DNA of 32,000 nucleotides from Erysipelotrichaceae bacterium (GCA_963676105.1 OY781039.1:810001-842000), one strand, 5' to 3'; counted from the first letter of the stretch, positions 1 to 8,134 are shown. Notes: a model not told the origin generated them from the letters alone. Translations and numbers: made by a program.

Positions 1-100
1 TCTCACAGCGACCAGGATCTCCCGGTAATATAACGTATTCCCCGACATCCCCTTTTTTTAGTTGTACATGATATTCAATATCAGAATAAACAGTTGACAT
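1..100 (-). CDS. Nucleoside phosphorylase (PNP/UDP family), first 33 codons only; continues beyond left window edge
   Basis: Not in the ORF track because it is truncated. The minus strand from ATG 100..98 reads [33 protein letters not shown]. The hydrophobic-L-P-G-D-P-x-R segment is the conserved phosphate-binding N-terminus of DeoD/Udp-type phosphorylases. A GGAG Shine-Dalgarno (107..110) lies 6 nt upstream of the ATG. Confidence 0.6.
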   Translation of the reverse strand, partial: MSTVYSDIEYHVQLKKGDVGEYVILPGDPGRCE

Positions 101-177
101 AATTAACTCCTTGTAAGCGTTTTACTTGTAGTTTAATTGTATCATATCAAGCACTTTAGCTTAATTTTTAAGCTAGA

Positions 178-747
178 TTATTGCTTAGCCTGCATTTTCT
201 TTTGCATCATTTTCTTTGTTGCTTCTAAATCAGATTTTAGCCATGCTTTTTCTTTATCTTTATTTAAAATTACTTGCATTATCATGCCCATTACAATTAA
301 AGCTAAAAGTGTTAAAACAAAACGATATACTGCAAACTCTAAGCCTAAGAAACTTACTTCCATCATCATTTGTGGGATTTTAAGCGCAGCCCATGCTCCC
401 ATAAATAAAATCATGTTTTTAATACTTGCTCCCTTGCGTAAGAGTTGTGCCACTAATGGAAAGGCTGCATATAAAGGACCAGTAGGTAGAGTTCCCATAA
501 TAAACGCAATAATAGATCCCATGATACCAGATTGATGACCTAGATATTTTTGAATTTGATCCTTTGGTACCCAAACATCAATTAAACCCATTAGTAAGAA
601 CACAGGTGGCATTACAATAATCATTTCTTTGATAAAATTAGCTGTTACAGTTGTTGATCTAACGGCTGCAGATTGATCGATAAAAAATAATGCAATAAAA
701 ACAAAAAGTATAACGATAACCCATTTATATTGTTTAATCTGTTTCAT
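178..747 (-). CDS. Integral membrane permease, second half of a split permease pair
   Basis: 189-aa ORF, almost entirely hydrophobic with several TM-length segments (WVIVILFVFIALFFI, IIVMPPVFLLMGLIDVWV, ILFMGAWAALKIP). Its ATG (747..745) overlaps the stop of the upstream ORF by 1 nt (TAATG), which suggests translational coupling. The PadR + two small permease ORFs layout recalls split COG0701-type permease pairs of streptococci (recollection, not searched). Confidence 0.65.
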   Translation of the reverse strand: MKQIKQYKWVIVILFVFIALFFIDQSAAVRSTTVTANFIKEMIIVMPPVFLLMGLIDVWVPKDQIQKYLGHQSGIMGSIIAFIMGTLPTGPLYAAFPLVAQLLRKGASIKNMILFMGAWAALKIPQMMMEVSFLGLEFAVYRFVLTLLALIVMGMIMQVILNKDKEKAWLKSDLEATKKMMQKKMQAKQ

Positions 748-1226
748 TAGAGTAATACCCCCATAATCGCCGCAATTACTAGTGCAAAGATAAAACTTAA
801 ACCATTTCTTAAAAAGGTAAATTTCTTACCTAAAATCTTAATTTCCATTGGCATGGTCACAAAGCCAACCATCACTAAAGTTGTCACAAAAGCAGACATG
901 GTCGTTAGAGATGCTCCATTCTCCAAAAGAGATCCCGCTAAAGGAAATGCCACAATGGAAGGGATTAAAGTAACTGCGCCTAAAACAGCCGCAACAATTG
1001 TGCCAATAAAACCAGCTTCTTCACCAATAAAACTCGCAATAATTTCAGGTGTTAGTAAGCCTAAAGTTAAACCTACAATTCCAACAACCAGTAAAATACT
1101 TGGCAATGTTTTCAAAAAAGCTTTTTGTCCTATCTTAAAAGCTTTCATTGTTTTTTCTTTGCTTTTAACAAGTGATGTGACTAGCGCAATTAAACTTAAA
1201 CCATAGATTGTTATATAAGTTGTCAT
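747..1226 (-). CDS. Integral membrane permease, first half of a split permease pair
   Basis: 159-aa ORF with 4-5 TM-length hydrophobic segments. Its ATG 1226..1224 overlaps the PadR stop (ATGA), and it is followed by the second permease ORF with a 1-nt overlap. Confidence 0.65.
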   Translation of the reverse strand: MTTYITIYGLSLIALVTSLVKSKEKTMKAFKIGQKAFLKTLPSILLVVGIVGLTLGLLTPEIIASFIGEEAGFIGTIVAAVLGAVTLIPSIVAFPLAGSLLENGASLTTMSAFVTTLVMVGFVTMPMEIKILGKKFTFLRNGLSFIFALVIAAIMGVLL

Positions 1227-1576
1227 TTTAAATCTCCCTTTTCATATTGATGTATTAAATTCTCTAAACTTTGACGACGATGATGAATAAAAGTCATACG
1301 ATCATTTAAGTTAGTTTTTCCTAAGTCAGTCAAATGATAGATTCTTTTTTGAGGGCCTTGATCACTATCAATCCAATCAGATTCAATATAGCCTTCATTT
1401 TCAAGTTTTCTTAAACTTCGATACAAAGCTCCAATATTAAGTGATTCTGAATCAATTCCAAAGGGTTCTAAGTCCTCTAGAAGTTGATATCCATAATTAG
1501 ATTTCTCTTTTAACAAGACCATTAAACAGACTTGTAAGAAGTGTTCTCGATTTAATTTTGGTCGCGGATCTTTCAT
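1223..1576 (-). CDS. PadR family transcriptional regulator (short, about 117 aa type)
   Basis: Winged-helix signature of the PadR family: LLKEKSNYGYQLLEDL ... GALYRSLRKLENEGYIES ... RKIYHLTDLG. AGGTGA Shine-Dalgarno directly upstream (1577..1583). First gene of a three-gene overlapping operon. Confidence 0.85.
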   Translation of the reverse strand: MKDPRPKLNREHFLQVCLMVLLKEKSNYGYQLLEDLEPFGIDSESLNIGALYRSLRKLENEGYIESDWIDSDQGPQKRIYHLTDLGKTNLNDRMTFIHHRRQSLENLIHQYEKGDLK

Positions 1577-1583
1577 TTCACCT

Positions 1584-1639
1584 CACTATATACATTTTGT
1601 ATATAGTGTAGTTATAACTTATGTTTTCATTCAAGTCAA
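1584..1639 (-). promoter_or_regulatory. Promoter of the PadR-permease operon plus a perfect 11-3-11 palindromic operator candidate
   Basis: On the minus strand: -35 TTGACT (1639..1634), a 17-nt spacer, then -10 TATAAC (1616..1611). Immediately downstream is the perfect inverted repeat CACTATATACA-ttt-TGTATATAGTG (1584..1608). It covers the expected transcription start and abuts the SD. Confidence 0.5.
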
Positions 1640-1665
1640 ATAAAAAGCATCTGTTAAATGCTTTT
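1638..1665 (-). terminator. Intrinsic terminator after the GrpB gene
   Basis: The minus-strand RNA forms AAAAGCAU-UUAACAG-AUGCUUUU (8-bp stem, 1643..1650 / 1658..1665) followed by UAUUUG. The GrpB stop codon (1654..1656) sits in the loop. Confidence 0.55.
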
Positions 1666-2235
1666 GTATCGATCTTTATAAAGTGTTCGTGCACGTTTAG
1701 TATATTTTTGAATAAACTCAGTTTTCGCATCCGTGTAATGTTCTCGATGATGTTTATATTGAATCGCTAAGTCTTTCTTAAGTTTCTCATATTCACGTAC
1801 AATATCAGGATGTTCTAGCAAATAATCTTTGAAGTAAAGTTCATGATGATCATCAAAGAATCTTAAATGCAAATGAAAGACTTTCTCTGCATAGCCCTTA
1901 ATTGTATAACCCTTATTCAAAACATAAGCATGATTTTCTGTGTCTTCATGCATGATAATCCACTTCGATTGCGCTAAAAGCTGTGCGACTTCATCAATAT
2001 TTTGATGTGTTTCAAGTTCACATAATATATCAATCGTTGGTTTAGAAGCTAGCTTTGGTATAGCTGTACTACCAATATGATTCATTCTTAAGACCTTATA
2101 ATCTTTTAATAAAGCATTTAATGAATTTGCTTCTTCTGTGTACCAATCAGGATAATGCTTGTTGTAGGGTTTAATGATAATTGGGAATAATTGCCATAAT
2201 TCATCAAGTGATAAATCTTTTAAGTCTTTACTCAT
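1654..2235 (-). CDS. GrpB / UPF0157 family protein (nucleotidyltransferase fold, function unknown)
   Basis: MNHIGSTAIPKLASKPTIDI matches the GrpB hallmark H-I-G-S-T-x-(I/V)-P-x-L-x-A-K-P-x-I-D-I, followed by HLHL and a conserved C-terminal helical part. I place the start at ATG 2235..2233 (MSKDLKDL). That ATG forms an ATGA overlap with the flavodoxin stop. The 7-codon extension in the ORF track lies inside the upstream gene. Confidence 0.8.
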   Translation of the reverse strand: MSKDLKDLSLDELWQLFPIIIKPYNKHYPDWYTEEANSLNALLKDYKVLRMNHIGSTAIPKLASKPTIDILCELETHQNIDEVAQLLAQSKWIIMHEDTENHAYVLNKGYTIKGYAEKVFHLHLRFFDDHHELYFKDYLLEHPDIVREYEKLKKDLAIQYKHHREHYTDAKTEFIQKYTKRARTLYKDRYKSI

Positions 2236-2708
2236 ACAACAAACCGATGTGCCCATCGTTGACTCTCATGGATGCAGTCCATTTGATGTTGTTTAACATT
2301 ATTAAACCCATGAATAGAGAATAAACGATTATTCTTTTCAATTAATTGCTTTGCATTATCAACAAAGTTATGTTCAAAACCACTATGAGTGTAGAATAAT
2401 GCGACTTCTTTATCTCTAATTTTATCTAATAATAAAGTTCTAATGGCTGGTGCGACATTAAATGCCCAAATAGGTGTTCCCACATAAATACGATCATAGC
2501 GACTAAAATCAACATGAAAGTTATGTAGTTGTGGTTTGCATTTATCTAAAACTAATCGTGCGCCGTCAATATACTGCTTAAACTTTGATTGTGAAATATC
2601 ATAGACTGGTTTAATACGACAAAGGTCAGCATTTAAAGAGGATGCGATATTTTCTGCAATAAATTGTGTATTCCCATCAAATGAATAATAGATGACTAAT
2701 GTTCTCAT
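2232..2708 (-). CDS. Flavodoxin-like fold protein
   Basis: The N-terminus RTLVIYYSFDGNTQFIAENIA is the flavodoxin beta1 / phosphate-loop pattern, and YVGTPIWAFN is typical of the second FMN loop. ATGA overlap with the upstream PadR gene (2705..2708). Confidence 0.7.
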   Translation of the reverse strand: MRTLVIYYSFDGNTQFIAENIASSLNADLCRIKPVYDISQSKFKQYIDGARLVLDKCKPQLHNFHVDFSRYDRIYVGTPIWAFNVAPAIRTLLLDKIRDKEVALFYTHSGFEHNFVDNAKQLIEKNNRLFSIHGFNNVKQHQMDCIHESQRWAHRFVV

Positions 2709-3271
2709 AAACTGACCTCCTTTTTAAATTCATATAAACTCTCTTCACACCACTGCACATAGGCTTTATTAATCTTGATTCCAAAATCTAATATCCGAAT
2801 CAACTCTCTTTGATCACTTGGATGCATCGAATCTTTGAACGCTTTTAATCGCCTTAGGTCCACATCATGACTTTCTTTAAAGCCTTCTAAGTAATCAATA
2901 ATAAATTCTTTGTTTCCAAAATTAGAGAAGTACGTTTTTAAGAGTATTTCTAATCGAACGCTTTCTTTCTCAGGTTCAATTTCTAACCAAGATTGAAGCA
3001 CTTTTTGTCCGCTTTTTGTGATGGAATAAACAGTATTTCGTCGGCTATCTTTTTGTTTATCATCAACTTTAATGTGTCCTTCTTTTAAGAGTTTTTTTAG
3101 TTCTGGATATATCTGCCCATAAGATTCATTCCAAAAAGCCTTAAAGTTCTCATCTATATGTTTCTTTAAGTCGTAACCTGTTTGTGACTTTTGCGATAAA
3201 AGTCCTAATAAAACATAACGTGTTTTCGTTCTCATATATCTATTAGATATATTATGACACATTTTAATCAT
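2705..3271 (-). CDS. PadR family transcriptional regulator, long form with C-terminal dimerisation/effector domain
   Basis: RYVLLGLLSQKSQTGYDLKKHI ... SYGQIYPELKKLLKEGHI ... RRNTVYSITKSGQ is the PadR winged helix, followed by about 90 further aa. The start is uncertain: it may be ATG 3271 (track) or ATG 3235 (MRTKTRYVLLG). Neither has a clear SD. Confidence 0.8.
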   Translation of the reverse strand: MIKMCHNISNRYMRTKTRYVLLGLLSQKSQTGYDLKKHIDENFKAFWNESYGQIYPELKKLLKEGHIKVDDKQKDSRRNTVYSITKSGQKVLQSWLEIEPEKESVRLEILLKTYFSNFGNKEFIIDYLEGFKESHDVDLRRLKAFKDSMHPSDQRELIRILDFGIKINKAYVQWCEESLYEFKKEVSL

Positions 3272-3287
3272 TTTTGTTTAAACAAAT

Positions 3288-3311
3288 AAAAAACTAACGA
3301 AGATTCGCTAG
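3288..3311 (-). terminator. Intrinsic terminator after the MFS-DUF1232 pair
   Basis: The minus-strand RNA forms CUAGCGA-AUCU-UCGUUAG (7-bp stem with one G-U pair, 3294..3311) followed by UUUUUUAUUUGUUU. The stop codon of the DUF1232 gene lies in the 5' arm. Confidence 0.7.
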
Positions 3312-3673
3312 TTCATTAACATCGTCATAATCACAATAATGACGATTAACCAAATTATTAGGATTGGGATCGCATAAAACCACTTTTTATTTAATCTTAA
3401 ATCCTTTTCTTTGGCTTCATCTTTACATCTTTCAATGATTTCATCTGGAATCATTAGTAAGGTAAAGTAAATTAAAATTGGGACAATAATTAAATCATCT
3501 AATAAACCAATAAAAGGAATAAAATCTGGAACTAAATCAATCGGAGACAGTGCATAACCCACCGCTACTGCAGCTGATAGCTTTGCGATAATTGGTGTCT
3601 CTTTTTTACTAAGCGCTAAAAGTAATATCGGAATAAAATCAATTAACTTATCGGCTTTTTCTCTTAAATTCAT
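3308..3673 (-). CDS. DUF1232 (YkvA-like) small membrane protein
   Basis: SPIDLVPDFIPFIGLLDDLIIVPI is the DUF1232 signature (D-x-I-P-D-x-I-P-x-x-G-x-x-D-D). Two further TM segments are present. ATGA-type overlap with the upstream MFS gene (3670..3673). Confidence 0.75.
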   Translation of the reverse strand: MNLREKADKLIDFIPILLLALSKKETPIIAKLSAAVAVGYALSPIDLVPDFIPFIGLLDDLIIVPILIYFTLLMIPDEIIERCKDEAKEKDLRLNKKWFYAIPILIIWLIVIIVIMTMLMN

Positions 3674-4914
3674 CTATCTCTCCTAACACGTAATACAAAA
3701 CTTAAACTAAATACTGAAATGGCGAGCACATAAAACAGAAATGATATGCCAATATGTTCTGCAATATAACCAAAGATTGGCGCAAAGACAATCATCAACA
3801 TGGCTGTCATTTGTGACTCAATTGATAACACAGTCACTCTTTGTTCTTTCTTCATCACATCATCTACAACATCCACAAATACTGGTCTTCTCGCATCTTT
3901 CATTAAATATAAGCATAAGTAAATAAACATCGTTAATACAGCAAAGTTCATTTGTACACTAAACGCTAATAGCACAAAACTAATAGCGAGCATAAAGAAG
4001 AGTTGCTCATATAAGTTAATCGCCGTTTGTTTCTTGAGTAATCGATAGACATTACGTGAAGCATATGAACTAAAGATATAAAACATCGCATACATTAAAC
4101 CTAATAGAATTTTTAAACTATCATCAGCATCAAAACTAAATAATGTACTCATGGATGCTGATACAAGTAATAAGGCAAAAATCGCTTGAATATAATCTTT
4201 AATCGTTTTAAAAATTGAATCATAGATTGAACTACTCATCACGATTTTGACAATATTCCGATCCTGCACAATCCCTTTTATTTGTTTAAAACCAAAATTA
4301 AAGATATTTTCATGTGCACTTAATGTTTGTTTTTCATTGAGTCTTTGTGGATAGGTCGCAACTAAAACAAAATCAAATAGATAAGGAATAATTGAAAGGA
4401 TAAAAATCCATTTAATCATTGGTAAATTTAAGATAAAAAGTATGGATAAGAGGGCTGAAATAGATGAACCTAATAATGAGTAAGAACGTGTATGACCATA
4501 AATCAATGTTTTATGTTTTTGCCAATCCTTTTCTTCTAAATAAGCTAAAATCATGGCTTTATGATTGCCTGATCTAAACGCTTCACCTAAACCGAAAAAC
4601 ATCATCGCTATCGCTAAGATAATGAAATTCGAGCCAATAAAATAAAATACAAAAGATATCATATAAAAGACAAAACTGAGTAAAAGTGTATTTCTTTTCC
4701 CAAAGATATCGGCCACAATCGCACTTGGTACTTCAAACAGATAGGTAAAAGTCGCACGTATGGATAATAAAATGCCCATATAAAACAAATCAATGTTTAA
4801 TGAGTAAAGATAGATTAAAAGATAAGGTTCAAAGAATTTTAAGTTCTTAAAGAAACCATAGAAACTAAACTTAAGAATGAGTTTATCTTTTTTGATTAAT
4901 GATTGAATATCCAC
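3670..4914 (-). CDS. MFS-type transporter (about 12 TM)
   Basis: 414 aa, hydrophobic throughout with a central loop. ADIFGKRNT after TM2 resembles the MFS D-R/K-x-G-R-R/K loop. The track start is GTG 4914 with no convincing SD (an AAAGGTGG overlaps it), so the start is uncertain. Confidence 0.7.
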   Translation of the reverse strand: MDIQSLIKKDKLILKFSFYGFFKNLKFFEPYLLIYLYSLNIDLFYMGILLSIRATFTYLFEVPSAIVADIFGKRNTLLLSFVFYMISFVFYFIGSNFIILAIAMMFFGLGEAFRSGNHKAMILAYLEEKDWQKHKTLIYGHTRSYSLLGSSISALLSILFILNLPMIKWIFILSIIPYLFDFVLVATYPQRLNEKQTLSAHENIFNFGFKQIKGIVQDRNIVKIVMSSSIYDSIFKTIKDYIQAIFALLLVSASMSTLFSFDADDSLKILLGLMYAMFYIFSSYASRNVYRLLKKQTAINLYEQLFFMLAISFVLLAFSVQMNFAVLTMFIYLCLYLMKDARRPVFVDVVDDVMKKEQRVTVLSIESQMTAMLMIVFAPIFGYIAEHIGISFLFYVLAISVFSLSFVLRVRRDR

Positions 4915-4948
4915 CTTTTTATTATACCTAAATTAAAAGAATGATTTC

Positions 4949-5326
4949 TCATCCTTTTACAATTTTATCTTCGATTAGTTCGACACAGAATTGTGCACAA
5001 TCAATATTTCTTTGAAGTCGCTTATAGATTGATGTTTCTTTAGAATGTTTTTCCTGTGCTTTCATATTCTTTCTAAGAATTGATTTCATTGGTTCTAAAG
5101 CTTGAATTAAATCAACCTCTACCCCTTCTTCTTTCTCAAGTAGAGAAAGTGAAGTTTTAAGTGCAAATAATCGATTTTTAATAAGTGTCGCTTGTGAACT
5201 TCCTTCTTTAAATTTATCTGCTTGAGCTTCTACATTTTGGATGGTTGATTCTAGCCAATTCAAAACGTTTGAATTATCCATTGATTTTCGCAATGACTCG
5301 GGTTGGTAAACCTGTCCAATCTTCAA
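4949..5326 (-). CDS. Hypothetical helical protein, last gene of the SDR-cyclase operon
   Basis: 125-aa ORF with no motif I recognise. It is predicted helical and charged. The track start is TTG 5326 (53-nt overlap with the cyclase gene). The alternative ATG 5281 (MDNSNVLNWL) gives an 8-nt overlap. Confidence 0.45.
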   Translation of the reverse strand: MKIGQVYQPESLRKSMDNSNVLNWLESTIQNVEAQADKFKEGSSQATLIKNRLFALKTSLSLLEKEEGVEVDLIQALEPMKSILRKNMKAQEKHSKETSIYKRLQRNIDCAQFCVELIEDKIVKG

Positions 5327-5831
5327 AGTTTATGGGATATGTGTTCATAATACATTCATGGTCAACTAGTTCTTTTAAATTGACTAAATTCTCAATGATG
5401 AATATTCCTTGATCCGCACATTTTTGATCAGTAGGCGTATGTTCAATACCACGTCTTACTCCTGCCGCATCAATCCCAATGATAGATACTTTCTTTTCAC
5501 ATAAGAAATCGATGAGTTCAAAGGATAGATGTGGATGTTCTTTAAAATAACGAACCGTTCCATACATTTCCTCTTCAATAAATCCCGTATAAAACGCTAC
5601 AAACTGATCTTTTTTAATTTTACTTTGATCAATATCAGTTAGATCAATATCTCTATCTCTAATCTTAGAAACATCAAAAACGATGCCATTTCTTTCTGTA
5701 AACTCTAGCGGAAAAACTTGATTCATCACATCAAAATGGGTTCCTAAATGACCACTGAGTGCTTTTGTTTCATTTCCTTGAGCATCCGTTCTCATTTCTT
5801 TTGTGACCTTTAAACTACAATCAATTAACAT
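5274..5831 (-). CDS. Putative cyclase / arylformamidase-fold metal hydrolase family protein
   Basis: SGHLGTHFDV matches the H-x-G-T-H-x-D metal-binding motif of the putative cyclase (kynurenine formamidase-like) family, followed later by IGIDAAG. I prefer the third-codon ATG (5831) because AGGAGA lies 6 nt upstream of it. Confidence 0.7.
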   Translation of the reverse strand: MLIDCSLKVTKEMRTDAQGNETKALSGHLGTHFDVMNQVFPLEFTERNGIVFDVSKIRDRDIDLTDIDQSKIKKDQFVAFYTGFIEEEMYGTVRYFKEHPHLSFELIDFLCEKKVSIIGIDAAGVRRGIEHTPTDQKCADQGIFIIENLVNLKELVDHECIMNTYPINFEDWTGLPTRVIAKING

Positions 5832-5847
5832 AATCATTCTCCTTTTT

Positions 5848-6546
5848 CTATAATGTCATTCTTCCAACAAATTTAAGAATTCTACTTAAACCTGGAAGAA
5901 TTTCAACTTGATTCCTTTTAAGACCTCTCATCAGTGATTTGACTAATTCTGACACTGATAAAGTTGGCATTTTATTTGATGATGAAAACAAAGGTGTATC
6001 CGTTTTAGGCGGTGCAAGTTCAAATACTTTAACAGATGTGGACTTCAATTGTTCTCGCAGGATTTTAGTGTAGGTATGAAGGGCTGCTTTAGAAGCACAG
6101 TAGATGGGTACTTCAGCATAATTAATAAAGGCTAAACCTGAGCTCACATTGACAATAGCAGCTTTTTCTTGTTTCAATAGCAAGGGTAAAAAATATTCTA
6201 TCATATGAATTGGACCTTTTAGATTGATATCAATCTCTTCACTAAAATCATCATGATCTTTAAGTAAGTTAATTCCCTTCATCACACCAGCATTATTTAT
6301 TAACATATTTAATTGTGGGAATTTAACATTAATCTTTTCATATAAATCTTTAATCGATTCAAGATGGGATACATCACAAACATAAGTATGTATTTTGGGA
6401 AATTGTGCTTGCACCCTTTCAAGTTTGGCTTTATTTCTACCTGTAATTATAACTGTATTTTCTTGATTCAAAAACTGTTTAGCCATTTCTAAACCAATTC
6501 CAGAACTTCCACCAGTGATTAAAATGGTATTGTTTTCTACTTTCAT
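5848..6546 (-). CDS. Short-chain dehydrogenase/reductase (classical SDR)
   Basis: Cofactor motif TGGSSGIG (T-G-x-x-x-G-I-G), NNAG, and the catalytic S ... Y-x-x-x-K (YCASKAAL). AGGA SD upstream. Confidence 0.9.
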   Translation of the reverse strand: MKVENNTILITGGSSGIGLEMAKQFLNQENTVIITGRNKAKLERVQAQFPKIHTYVCDVSHLESIKDLYEKINVKFPQLNMLINNAGVMKGINLLKDHDDFSEEIDINLKGPIHMIEYFLPLLLKQEKAAIVNVSSGLAFINYAEVPIYCASKAALHTYTKILREQLKSTSVKVFELAPPKTDTPLFSSSNKMPTLSVSELVKSLMRGLKRNQVEILPGLSRILKFVGRMTL

Positions 6547-6564
6547 AAGTTTATCCTTTTAAAC

Positions 6565-6600
6565 GTTACACTTGTAACATATACAAGATAAATGTATAGT
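6565..6600 (+). promoter_or_regulatory. TetR operator candidate overlapping the tetR promoter in the divergent intergenic region
   Basis: Perfect palindrome GTTACA-ct-TGTAAC (6565..6578). A plus-strand promoter has -35 TTGTAA (6572..6577, inside the palindrome), a 17-nt spacer, then -10 TATAGT (6595..6600). An extra TGTAAC half-site is at 6626..6631. Confidence 0.5.
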
Positions 6601-6648
6601 TCAAATAGACTAAAGTCAATCCATGTGTAACAAAAGGAGCAAAGTGTA

Positions 6649-7185
6649 ATGTCTGAAAAATACTCTGAAACTCAAAAACGTATTAGTAAAGAATCTCTAT
6701 TTACAAGTTTAATTCTACTCTTGGAAACTAAAGAATTTAATCAAATAAATATTAGTGAAATCACCAAAAAAGCAGGTGTTTCACGACCTGCCTTTTATCG
6801 AAACTATCAAAGTAAAGAAGCTATTATCATCGATTATCTTAAAGAATTGTTTGATCAATTAATCTTTCAAATTGAACAAGAAAAATCTCAATCAAAACGT
6901 GAGCGAACTCATTTATTTTTTATCTTTTTTAGAACACATCGACAAATGTTTCAAACATTTATAAAGGCAAAATTAAGTTTTCTTATTTATGATGTTTTTT
7001 TAGAATACATGGATCTCTTTTTTAGAACACAGACGACTAAAATTGCTAAATCTGATATACAGCAAAAATATTTTACATCCTACATCGCTTCAGGTCTTTT
7101 CAGTGTATTAATCCAATGGATTGAATCAAATTGTCAAGAGAGTGAAGTTGCTATGACAAACTTTATTATGAGTCTAAGTGACTAA
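6649..7185 (+). CDS. TetR/AcrR family transcriptional regulator
   Basis: N-terminal HTH INISEITKKAGVSRPAFYRNYQSKEAI is typical of TetR. AGGAG SD 8 nt upstream. Divergent from the SDR operon. Confidence 0.85.
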   Translation: MSEKYSETQKRISKESLFTSLILLLETKEFNQINISEITKKAGVSRPAFYRNYQSKEAIIIDYLKELFDQLIFQIEQEKSQSKRERTHLFFIFFRTHRQMFQTFIKAKLSFLIYDVFLEYMDLFFRTQTTKIAKSDIQQKYFTSYIASGLFSVLIQWIESNCQESEVAMTNFIMSLSD

Positions 7186-8066
7186 AAATCAAATGAACCA
7201 AATTTGCCTGATTGATAATCAAGATAAGCTTGTCTTAGTTCATCTTCAGTATTCATCACAAATGGGCCACCAGCCACAACTGGTTCATTCAGTGGTTTGC
7301 CACTTAAGACAAAAACTTCGGCATCTTCTAATGCATTAATTTCTACTAAACCTGCTTCATTTCTAAAGAGTACAAAATCACTTTCTTGTAGCACTTTGTC
7401 TTCATTAACTTCAACTGAGCCACTGATGACTAGAAAACCTAAATTAAAATCATTGGGTTCATTAAGATCAATGTGCTGTCCTTTTCTTAAAGCGATTTTA
7501 AAGATGTTCATTGGACTAAAGGTATTCGCAACACCCTTATGATTAAATGCTTCACCGGCGTACAGAATAACTTTTGCGCCACTCTTTTCATCCACAAATG
7601 ATCCAATATCACCTTTTGTAAGTGCTTGATAATTGGGTTGAGTCATTTTATCTTTAGCAGGTAAATTAACCCATAGTTGAATCATATGGAAAACACGATC
7701 ATGTTTTGCCCATTCTTTCTCATGAAATTCTTTGTGTAAAACACCTGATCCAGCAGTCATCCATTGAATATCACCTTCTTGTATAACACCGCTATGCCCG
7801 TGATTATCTCCATGTTCAACCTTGCCCTTAAAGGCAAATGTCACCGTTTCAAAACCACGATGTGGATGGATATCAACCCCTACATCATCATTTGTTCCTT
7901 TAAATGTTGATGGAGCATTATAGTCCATTAATATAAAGGGTGAAAATCGCTCCATAAAAGACATTCCTTGTCTTGATGGAAAATACTGTTGGACATTAAA
8001 GCCATTTCCTACCCAATGTCGTGATGGGTTTTGTATTGTTTTTTCAATTCTTCGATAGTGTTTCAT
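7182..8066 (-). CDS. Pirin family protein (bicupin)
   Basis: HPHRGFETVTFAFKG..EHGD is the pirin N-terminal cupin metal motif. I move the start to ATG 8066 (MKHYRRIEK) with AAAGGAAAG upstream. The longer track ORF would begin inside the rbr terminator hairpin. Confidence 0.85.
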   Translation of the reverse strand: MKHYRRIEKTIQNPSRHWVGNGFNVQQYFPSRQGMSFMERFSPFILMDYNAPSTFKGTNDDVGVDIHPHRGFETVTFAFKGKVEHGDNHGHSGVIQEGDIQWMTAGSGVLHKEFHEKEWAKHDRVFHMIQLWVNLPAKDKMTQPNYQALTKGDIGSFVDEKSGAKVILYAGEAFNHKGVANTFSPMNIFKIALRKGQHIDLNEPNDFNLGFLVISGSVEVNEDKVLQESDFVLFRNEAGLVEINALEDAEVFVLSGKPLNEPVVAGGPFVMNTEDELRQAYLDYQSGKFGSFDF

Positions 8067-8134
8067 AAATAAACTTTCCTTTTGTAAGTCCATAATATGA
8101 AATCCTTGAACTGATTTCATTTCATATGCCCAAT

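Noticed and set aside
157-175. Perfect 8-bp hairpin TAGCTTAA-ttt-TTAAGCTA just after the permease stop
   Set aside because: The stem is almost pure A/T and no U tract follows on the transcribed (minus) strand, so I do not call it a terminator. It may be a weak RNA structure or simply chance in AT-rich DNA.
137-1206. Plus-strand ORFs 137..535 (132 aa) and 853..1206 (117 aa)
   Set aside because: They lie entirely antisense to the two permease genes. Their translations are low-complexity, mirror-image products of hydrophobic codons (Lys/Ile/Pro-rich). They have no SD and no motif.
2236-2256. 7-codon N-terminal extension of the GrpB ORF (MGTSVCC)
   Set aside because: It lies inside the 3' end of the flavodoxin gene. 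The ATG at 2235 forms a typical ATGA coupling overlap with that gene's stop codon.
7182-7185. Convergent TetR and pirin genes overlap by 4 nt at their stop codons with no terminator between them
   Set aside because: This is real in the sequence, but it is a common consequence of compact genomes. I see no evidence for functional antisense regulation.
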